The translations under genes and the position numbers were made by a program. Positions 44,933-52,115 of a DNA stretch of 64,000 nt are shown here, one piece after another. The notes beneath the pieces were generated by a model. It saw nothing but the letters and a program-made list of their open reading frames with translations, ran no database searches and was not told the origin of the DNA. The stretch's first letter is position 1. Every line of letters starts with the position of its first letter. The stretch is from an uncultured Spirochaetaceae bacterium (lineage in GTDB: Bacteria; Myxococcota_A; UBA9160; UBA4427): contig CAYYSY010000105.1 of the NCBI GenBank assembly GCA_964474355.1, positions 7,649-71,648 on the forward strand. The letters run 5' to 3'.

Positions 44933-46260
44933 ATCGACGATTTCGCAGCTGGCTCTCGGTTCTCGCCCCCGAGCGCAAGGACGCCAGCGACCCGGGCGCC
45001 TGGGTGGGAACCTTCGCGCTCGGCTCGATCGTCCTCGCGACGGCGAGCTTCGCCCCCGGCGTCTCCGATCTCTTCGAGCTGCCCTTCTGGCCGGCGTTCG
45101 GGATCTTCACCGTGGCGTGTGCCTTCGGCTGGGCGTGTGGCTGGCTCGAGCACGCCGATCGGCTGACGCTCGACCAGTACGGGATCATCGCGCTCGTCGG
45201 AGCGGCGCTCTTCCAGACGTCGACGACCGCGAGCGTCGCCCTCTCCGTACTGCCCGGAGCGGCGATCATGGCCGCGCTGTCGCTGATCGTCGTGTCGTTC
45301 CACGCGTTCCACCACAAGGTCTCGTTCGAGTTCCCGTTCGGCGCAATCCCGACGATCATCGCCGTGATCGTCGGCGTGGCCCTCGACCCGACTCCCGAGA
45401 ACCTCTCGATCTGGGCGGTGCTCGCCCCCGTGATGCTCGGCTTCAGCTTCATCCTCGGCACCCTGGGACTGCGCGGTCACCGCGAGCGGCTCCAACAGCG
45501 CGCGCTCACCGATGCCGTGCACGCCCAGGTCCTGCAGGAGCGCACCCGCGACCGCGATGCCGTTTCGAGCCAGCTGCTCAAGCTGCTCGAACACAACCAC
45601 GACGCGAGCAACGCGCTCTCGAGCGTCATGCTGAAGTCACAGCTCCTCGCAGAGAAGGTCGATGCCGAAGGCGTCGACGACGCACGGCTCGCCGAGCTCA
45701 AGAGCCTGGCCGCATCGGTGACGAGCGGGCTGTCGCGCCTACGAAGCCTGCTCGACGACGCACGAGAGGTCCGGCTCGGAAGCCAGCCCAAGGTGCAAGC
45801 GGTGTCTACGGGGCGCGTTCTCGACGGCATCGTCGGCGAGGTCCGCGTCCGCTACCCGCGAGTGCACGTCGAGGTACAAGCCGATCTCTCGGCGGACGAC
45901 GCCCCGCTCGTCACGCTGGTCGGGGGCTCCTCGAGTCTCGCTCGCATCCTCGAAAACCTGCTGCTGAATGCGTGCCAGGGAGATGGAGTCCGCGGTGCCC
46001 ACGAGGTGCGTGTAGAGGTCCGCCCGTTGCCAGAGGCCGGACGCCTGTCGATCGAGGTGGCCGACGACGGGCCCGGCTTCCCACCAGAGCAGCTCGCCTC
46101 GGAGACCTTTGCCTTCCAGACCTCGAAGCCCGGCGGCCTGGGACTCGGCCTCTACACCGTCTCGAATCTGGTCCGCGCGAGTGGCGGCGAGATCGTCAGG
46201 GAGAACCGCAGCACGGGGGGCGCACGGGTCTCGATCCAGCTGCCGGTGGTCCGGATGTGA
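44929..46260 (+). CDS. Polytopic membrane sensor histidine kinase
   Basis: About six TM segments without a large periplasmic loop; H-box HNHDASNAL, N-box ENLLLNA, G1 DDGPGF, G2 GLGLGL; GTG overlaps the DyP stop. Confidence 0.92.
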   Translation: MNRRFRSWLSVLAPERKDASDPGAWVGTFALGSIVLATASFAPGVSDLFELPFWPAFGIFTVACAFGWACGWLEHADRLTLDQYGIIALVGAALFQTSTTASVALSVLPGAAIMAALSLIVVSFHAFHHKVSFEFPFGAIPTIIAVIVGVALDPTPENLSIWAVLAPVMLGFSFILGTLGLRGHRERLQQRALTDAVHAQVLQERTRDRDAVSSQLLKLLEHNHDASNALSSVMLKSQLLAEKVDAEGVDDARLAELKSLAASVTSGLSRLRSLLDDAREVRLGSQPKVQAVSTGRVLDGIVGEVRVRYPRVHVEVQADLSADDAPLVTLVGGSSSLARILENLLLNACQGDGVRGAHEVRVEVRPLPEAGRLSIEVADDGPGFPPEQLASETFAFQTSKPGGLGLGLYTVSNLVRASGGEIVRENRSTGGARVSIQLPVVRM

Positions 46261-46294
46261 CCCTCCCCACCGAAGGGCGCAGCCAGGTGCGGGC

Positions 46295-47017
46295 TTGATC
46301 TCGGGGCCCGGATGGTACGGCCGGGTGCTCGCGGACGTCGCGCAGCGCCACTACCCGACGGAGACCCGCGTCGACCTGTCTGCGTCGATCCGCTCCATGC
46401 AGACGGGTCTGCTCGACTTCGCCTACGGCCTCTCCGTCGAAGCGGGCGTCCCGCCGGCCATCGCCGAGGCGCGCTGCGTCGCGGTCTTCTACTCGGCCTC
46501 GGCGGTCAACCTCGCCGACGACCTCGCCGACGGGGACTGCGACTACCTCGCCGAGCCCTACCGCTCGGGGCCCGCGACGCAGTACCTGCTCCAGAGCCTC
46601 TTCTTCCAGAAGGTCTGCGAGCTCGGCTTGCCCGTGGAGGTGATCTTCGCCGTGACACGCGACTTCGAGCAGGTCGCAGCCCTGCAGCACGTGGAGCTCG
46701 TGACCGACACCTGGACCTTCGACGTGGCTCGCCGCGTCGCTGAGGGCATCACGGGCCGGCAGATCGCGGCCTATCTCCGAATCTCACTCTTCGGCACGGA
46801 CCTCGCTCGGCACGCAGAGCAGATCGGCGTAGACGTGGGTCTGGCCACCCATGTCGCCCTGGACGCCGAGTCCCGCGATCCGCGGTTCACGAGCCTCGAC
46901 GACACCGACCGCGAGCAGCTCCGACAGCTCGCCCTCGAGGCGATCGGCCGGGCCACTGCTCTCGAATTAGAAGCAATCGTGCCCGTAGCGACACAGGTGC
47001 ACCGAGCCCTCGGCTGA
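46295..47017 (+). CDS. Class I isoprenoid-synthase-fold protein, ComQ-like prenyltransferase candidate
   Basis: NLADDLADGD Asp-rich motif (DDLAD at 46517-46531), GITGRQ where polyprenyl synthases have KT/G motifs, degenerate second motif THVALDAES; start uncertain (TTG 46295, GTG 46325, ATG 46397). Confidence 0.62.
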   Translation: MISGPGWYGRVLADVAQRHYPTETRVDLSASIRSMQTGLLDFAYGLSVEAGVPPAIAEARCVAVFYSASAVNLADDLADGDCDYLAEPYRSGPATQYLLQSLFFQKVCELGLPVEVIFAVTRDFEQVAALQHVELVTDTWTFDVARRVAEGITGRQIAAYLRISLFGTDLARHAEQIGVDVGLATHVALDAESRDPRFTSLDDTDREQLRQLALEAIGRATALELEAIVPVATQVHRALG

Positions 47018-47070
47018 CCGCAGCCGGTGGCGGCACGGATGCGCCGAGCCCTCGATCGACCGCACCGGTG
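46997..47070. repeat. Degenerate 42-bp-period duplication of the 3' end of the ComQ-like gene
   Basis: 46997-47029 gtgcaccgagccctcggctgaccgcagccggtg versus 47039-47070 atgcgccgagccctcgatcgaccgcaccggtg (about 27 of 33 positions match). Confidence 0.7.
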
Positions 47071-49128
47071 CCGATAGACTCACCGCCGATGTCCTCCCCC
47101 CCTCCCCCCGGACGGCTACTGAATCGCGAGCTCTCGTGGCTGGACTTCGACCGCCGCGTGCTCGACCTCGCGTCGGATCTGCGCCGCCCGCTGCTCGAGC
47201 GCCTCAAGTTCATCGCGATCTACGCCCAGAACCTCGACGAGTTCTTCCAGGTGCGCGTCGCCGGTCTGCAGGATCGGCTCGAGGCCGAGCCCACACGCAC
47301 GTCGGCCGACGGCCTCACCCCGGGTGAGCAGCTCGCCGAGATCCAGGCGCGGGTCTCCGCCTTCGCGAGCGAGGCCCAGGCGCTCTTCGAGCACGAGCTC
47401 CGGCCGGCGCTCGCGGTCGAGGGCATCTCGCTCGTCGGCTGGGACGAGCTCGACGCCCGCGAGCGGCGCGAGGCCCAGCGCCGGTTCGACAGCGAGGTCC
47501 ACCCGCTGCTGATCCCGCTCGCAGTCGACTCCGCGCACCCATTCCCGTACCTCTCGGGCCTCTCGCTCTCGGTCGGCGCGGTGGTCGCGCACACGCCCAC
47601 GGGCGAGGAGCGCTTCGCGCGCATCAAGGTGCCTTCATTCGTGAAGCGCTTCTTCGACGTCGGCAATGGTCGCTACGTGCCGATCGAAGAGATGATCCAA
47701 GCGCTCTTCCAACGCTTCTTCCCCGAGGACGAGATCCTCGAAGTCGGCTGCTTCCGCGTGACCCGTGACGCGGACCTCGACGTCGACGACCGAGACACCG
47801 TCGATCTCGCGAGCGAGATCGAGCACGAGCTGCGCCGGCGAAACCGCCAGAGCGATGCAGTGCGGCTGGAGGTCGATCGCAGCGTCGGCCCGCTCATGCG
47901 CTCGTACCTGATGCACGAGCTCGACCTCGATGACGCCGACGTGTACCGGACAGAGGGCATGCTCGACCTCGGCGCGCTCTTCGAGCTCGTGAAGCTCGAC
48001 CGGCCCGAGCTGAAGGATCCGCCCTGGACGCCGCGGCGGATCAGGGCGCTCAATGCCGATCGCCCCGCCGAGTTCTTCCAGACGGTGCGCGAGCGCGACT
48101 TCCTCGTCCATCACCCGTACCAGAGCTTCGAGGGCTCGGTCGAGGAGCTGCTGCGCGCGGCCTCCCAGGATCCCCAGGTCCTGGTGATCATGTCGACCCT
48201 CTACCGCACGGGCGGGCCCGAGAGCGGCATCGTCCAGGCGCTCGAGCAGGCGGCGGCCTTCGGCAAGCAGGTGCTGGTGCTCGTCGAGCTGAAGGCGCGC
48301 TTCGAGGAGGCGGCGAACCTCGAGCGGGCGCGCTCACTCGAGCGAGCGGGTGCGCACGTCGTGTACGGCGTCATGGGGCTCAAGACGCACGCGAAGCTCG
48401 CGCTGGTGATCCGCGCCGAAGAGGATGGACTTCGCCGCTACTGCCACGTCGGTACGGGCAACTACAACCCCGTGACCGCGCGGCTCTACGAGGACATCGG
48501 GCTGCTGACCTCGTCGCCCGAGATCACGCTCGACGCGGCCGAGGTGTTCCAGCGACTGACCAGCGGCAGTGGCGCCCGCGACTACGCGCGCCTGCTCGTG
48601 GCGCCCGAGCGCCTGCGCGACGGCCTGCTGGCGCGCATTCGAGAGCAGACGCACCGGCACGGACGCATCGTGTTCAAGATGAACAGCCTCGCCGATCCGC
48701 CGATCATCGAGGCACTGTATGCCGCGTCGCAGGCCGGGGCGAAGATCGACCTCGTCGTGCGCGGCATCTGCTGCCTGCGGCCCGGCGTGTCGGGACTCTC
48801 CGAGAACATCCGCGTGCGCTCGATCGTCGGCCGCTTCCTGGAGCACTCGCGGATCTTCCGCTTCGGCGATCCGGTCGACGGCGCCGAGCACTGGCTCGGA
48901 TCGGCGGATCTCATGCCGCGCAACCTCGACCTGCGCGTCGAGACACTGGTGCCCGTCGACGATCCGGCCCTGCGCTCGCGCCTCGACCGCGTGCTCGCGG
49001 TCTACCTGCAGCCGGACATCCGGGCGTGGGAGCTCGGCCCCGACGGCCGCTGGAAGCAGAGCGCCGGACGCCTCGACGCCCAGGAAATCTTCATCCGGGC
49101 GATCGAGCGCCACGACGACGCGCGCTGA
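47068..49128 (+). CDS. ppk1: Polyphosphate kinase 1
   Basis: LLNRELSWLDF, NLDEFFQVRV, HPFPYLS, FLVHHPYQSF, ELKARFEE, LKTHAK, HVGTGNYN, GRFLEHSR, SADLMPRNL. Confidence 0.96.
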   Translation: MPIDSPPMSSPPPPGRLLNRELSWLDFDRRVLDLASDLRRPLLERLKFIAIYAQNLDEFFQVRVAGLQDRLEAEPTRTSADGLTPGEQLAEIQARVSAFASEAQALFEHELRPALAVEGISLVGWDELDARERREAQRRFDSEVHPLLIPLAVDSAHPFPYLSGLSLSVGAVVAHTPTGEERFARIKVPSFVKRFFDVGNGRYVPIEEMIQALFQRFFPEDEILEVGCFRVTRDADLDVDDRDTVDLASEIEHELRRRNRQSDAVRLEVDRSVGPLMRSYLMHELDLDDADVYRTEGMLDLGALFELVKLDRPELKDPPWTPRRIRALNADRPAEFFQTVRERDFLVHHPYQSFEGSVEELLRAASQDPQVLVIMSTLYRTGGPESGIVQALEQAAAFGKQVLVLVELKARFEEAANLERARSLERAGAHVVYGVMGLKTHAKLALVIRAEEDGLRRYCHVGTGNYNPVTARLYEDIGLLTSSPEITLDAAEVFQRLTSGSGARDYARLLVAPERLRDGLLARIREQTHRHGRIVFKMNSLADPPIIEALYAASQAGAKIDLVVRGICCLRPGVSGLSENIRVRSIVGRFLEHSRIFRFGDPVDGAEHWLGSADLMPRNLDLRVETLVPVDDPALRSRLDRVLAVYLQPDIRAWELGPDGRWKQSAGRLDAQEIFIRAIERHDDAR

Positions 49129-49212
49129 GCCGATCCGGGCGATCGAGCGCCGCGACGGCGCGCGCTGAGCAGATTCGGGCGATCGAGCGCCACGACGACG
49201 CGCGCTGAGCCG
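49093..49212. repeat. Three tandem 40-bp copies of the ppk1 3' end
   Basis: atccgggcgatcgagcgccacgacgacgcgcgctgagccg at 49093, 49133 (3 substitutions) and 49173 (1 substitution); TGA ends at 49128, 49168, 49208. Confidence 0.95.
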
Positions 49213-49445
49213 CCCCCGAGCGCCCCGCGTCCCCAAGCCCCCTCTCCACCCACCAGCGCCGAACGATTGAGCAGCGACTGACCGGACCGTGCGCAATCGC
49301 GCCGGAACGACGCACAGCGCGTGGCCTCCGGTGCGTCTCGCATTGGCACGAATGTTGGAATGGAACGAGGCGTGCGCTGATGAGGCGCCCATGAGAGCGG
49401 CCCCCGCACCCTCCCGGCGCGGGGCCCTCTCGGGAGGTGATTCCG

Positions 49446-50723
49446 ATGCAGATCGTCGCCGCGAGTGAGCCGGTACCGGCACGCCTCGACGTCGCGCCCC
49501 CGCTCTTCCGCCGCCTGCCCGAGGATCTCGATCTGCGCGACGAGGTCCAGCTCGAGTGCCTCCTCGCCGCCGCGGACGAGCTGCTCGCCCGGGCCGACGA
49601 CCCCGCGACCCTCGACCAGCTCGACTGGCTGGCCCACGCCTCGCCCGAACGCTGGAGCATCGCCGCGCGCATCGTCGTGAAGCTCGCGCGGTCGAAGCAG
49701 GCCGTTCAGCGCCGTACAGGCCCGCTCCACCTCTCGGTGGTCGTGCCCCTCTACGGCGAGCACGAGCGCATGCAGCGCCCTGAGACGCATCCGAACGGCG
49801 AAGCGTTCCTCGACCGCAAGATCCGCCAGCTCGACTGGCTGCTCGGTGCGAAGGACGGGGCGAGCTGGGATCTCTGCCTCGTCGACGACGGCTGTCCGCA
49901 CGACAGCGGGCACCTCGCACGTCGCTGGCTCGACGAGCGGCATCCGCGGGCGGACGCGAACGTGATCTTCCTCCGAGACGCAATCGCCGCGGGCGTCGCG
50001 CCGGTGAGCGACCTCGAGCACGTCGACCAGAGCCGCAAGGGCGGCTCGATCCATCTCGGACTCTTCGAGGTGACGCGCGCGCAGCGCCCCGGACACGTCG
50101 TCATCTACACCGACGCCGATCTCTCGACGCACCTCGGTCAGTCGGGCCTGCTGATCGAGGCCCTCGGCGAGCCGGGCACCCTCATGGCGGCGGGCTCACG
50201 GCGGCATCCGCTCTCGGTCGTCGCGAAGAGCGCCGCGCGCAGCGCACGCGGCCGCCTCTTCATCTATCTCTGGAAGAAGCTGCTGCCCGAGCTCGCGTAT
50301 CTCGACGACACCCAGTGCGGGTTCAAGGCGATCTCCGCGGGCACGGCGAGGCGCCTCGTCGAGAAGCCGCTGCGCGAGCGGGGCTTCGCCTTCGACATCG
50401 AGCTGCTGCTCCGCAACGAGCAGAGCCTCGGACGCTCGATCGCGGCCGTGCCGATCGCCTGGATCGACAGCGAGGCGGCATCGACCACGACCGCCCTCGA
50501 GCCCTATCTGCCCATGCTGCAGAGCGTGGTCTCGCTCTACCGCGATCTCTGCCCCCGGCGCGAGAGCTCGGAGTGCTTCGCCCTGGCGATCGAATCCATG
50601 GACGACGATGCCTGGAAGCACGCGGTGACGGATCTCGCGCCGCCGCTCGAGTCGATCGACCCGGCGCTCGACCTGGCGAGCACGCCGCTGCCGGCGTCGG
50701 CGCTCACGCAAGCGGCGGCCTGA
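49446..50723 (+). CDS. GT2-family (Dpm1/ALG5-like) glycosyltransferase with N-terminal extension
   Basis: LSVVVPLYGE, LVDDG, RKGGSI, YTDADLS (DxD), DTQCGFKA, FAFDIELL; GGAGG SD before ATG 49446. Confidence 0.78.
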   Translation: MQIVAASEPVPARLDVAPPLFRRLPEDLDLRDEVQLECLLAAADELLARADDPATLDQLDWLAHASPERWSIAARIVVKLARSKQAVQRRTGPLHLSVVVPLYGEHERMQRPETHPNGEAFLDRKIRQLDWLLGAKDGASWDLCLVDDGCPHDSGHLARRWLDERHPRADANVIFLRDAIAAGVAPVSDLEHVDQSRKGGSIHLGLFEVTRAQRPGHVVIYTDADLSTHLGQSGLLIEALGEPGTLMAAGSRRHPLSVVAKSAARSARGRLFIYLWKKLLPELAYLDDTQCGFKAISAGTARRLVEKPLRERGFAFDIELLLRNEQSLGRSIAAVPIAWIDSEAASTTTALEPYLPMLQSVVSLYRDLCPRRESSECFALAIESMDDDAWKHAVTDLAPPLESIDPALDLASTPLPASALTQAAA

Positions 50724-50808
50724 GCACCGACCCAAGCGGGCATTGCGGCGAAGCTCCAGCGATTGACATCGGATCGGTGGGTGTCATCGTCGGCCCGGGA
50801 GGCCGGAC

Positions 50809-51678
50809 ATGGGGGCGCCGCGAGCTGCGGTCCAGGCGATTCGGGGGAGCACCAGCCGCGGTGCATCGCCCGCACCGTTTCGTGTCATCGCCCATCGCGG
50901 CGCGTCGGCCCATGCGCCCGAGAACACGCTGCCCTCGTTCGAGGCCGCGATCGAGCTCGGCGCCCGAGAGGTCGAGCTCGACGTGCGCTTCTCGGCCGAC
51001 GAGCAGATCGTCGTGTTCCACGATGACGCGCTCGACCGCAAGACGGACGCCAGCGGGCGCGTCCGACACCACACCGCTGCGGCGCTCCGGCGCGTCGACA
51101 TCGGCAGCTGGTTCGACGCGACGCATCCCGACGCGGCGCGCCCCTTCGCCGGCACGCGCATCGCCGTGCTCGACGAGGTGCTCGAGCTGACCGCCCACCG
51201 CGTGCACCACCACATCGAGATCAAGGGCTTCGACGACTGGCTCCCGCTGCGGCTGCTTCAGGCGATCGACGCGCACCGGCTTCGCGATCGCGTCACCGTC
51301 ACCTCCTTCTCGCTGCGCCCGCTCCTTCAGATGCGGCGGCTCGCGCCGGATCTACCGGTCTGCTTCCTGCTCCGAGACGCCCACGACGCGCTGCGCAGCG
51401 CCGAGTTCCGACCGCAGCTCGAGGGCCGAAGCGCCGAGGACGTCCACGACTACTGGATCGATACGGCGGCCGAGGCGGGGATCGGCCAGGTCGGCGTCCG
51501 CGCGGCTGACACGCTGCCGCGCACGGTCGCGCGCGCCGCCGATCGCGGCCTGGAGGTACGCGGCTGGGGCGTTCGCGATGAGGACGATCTGCGCCACCTG
51601 GTGCGACTCGGCGCGGTGGGCGCGACGGTCGACTGGCCGGGGCGCGCGCTCGAGATCGTGCGCGAGCTGGGAGCTTGA
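50809..51678 (+). CDS. Glycerophosphodiester phosphodiesterase (GDPD/GlpQ-like)
   Basis: VIAHRGAS, PENTL, VELDV, VVFHD, IEIK; start uncertain. Confidence 0.88.
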   Translation: MGAPRAAVQAIRGSTSRGASPAPFRVIAHRGASAHAPENTLPSFEAAIELGAREVELDVRFSADEQIVVFHDDALDRKTDASGRVRHHTAAALRRVDIGSWFDATHPDAARPFAGTRIAVLDEVLELTAHRVHHHIEIKGFDDWLPLRLLQAIDAHRLRDRVTVTSFSLRPLLQMRRLAPDLPVCFLLRDAHDALRSAEFRPQLEGRSAEDVHDYWIDTAAEAGIGQVGVRAADTLPRTVARAADRGLEVRGWGVRDEDDLRHLVRLGAVGATVDWPGRALEIVRELGA

Positions 51679-51679
51679 T

Positions 51680-52066
51680 CTACGGCGGGCTGCTCGAGAT
51701 GAAGAGCACGTAGACGTAGGCGACGGCGAAGAAGACGTAGAACGAGAGCGAGACCCAGAACGCCAGCGCCCAGCCGCCGCCCGACGGGAACGTGAAGCAG
51801 AGCACGATCCCGCAGAGCTCCACGATCAGCAGCAGGATCGCGACGGATCGGCGCACCAGCGGATCGACGAAGCTGCGCGCGCGCCAGGGCAGCATGCCGA
51901 TCAGCAGCACGCCGAGGCCGTAGAGACGCGCGTACACGACGCCTGCCTCGGTGAACGGCGCGCCCCCCGTCAGCTTGTCGGTGAGCCACTCCGGGTAGAA
52001 CCAGAGGAGCGGCACGAAGACGAACGAAGACAGCGCATGGAGCAGGAAGACGAGGTTCAGGCTCAC
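51680..52066 (-). CDS. Hypothetical 4-TM membrane protein
   Basis: Four hydrophobic segments; directly downstream of the StyC-like/lactone oxidase fusion gene. Confidence 0.6.
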   Translation of the reverse strand: MSLNLVFLLHALSSFVFVPLLWFYPEWLTDKLTGGAPFTEAGVVYARLYGLGVLLIGMLPWRARSFVDPLVRRSVAILLLIVELCGIVLCFTFPSGGGWALAFWVSLSFYVFFAVAYVYVLFISSSPP

Positions 52067-52115
52067 GGCCGGACTCCTCTCAGCGCATTCGCCGGGGACC
52101 GGCGCCGCGCACGTC

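Noticed and set aside
49093-49212. Diversity-generating retroelement (TR/VR) explanation for the gene-end repeats
   Set aside because: No reverse transcriptase in the window, repeats are short and adjacent, and differences across the arrays are not restricted to adenines
49344-49358. Sigma-54-like promoter tggcacg-aatg-ttgg upstream of the GT2 gene
   Set aside because: The conserved -12 GC is GG; cannot be supported without data
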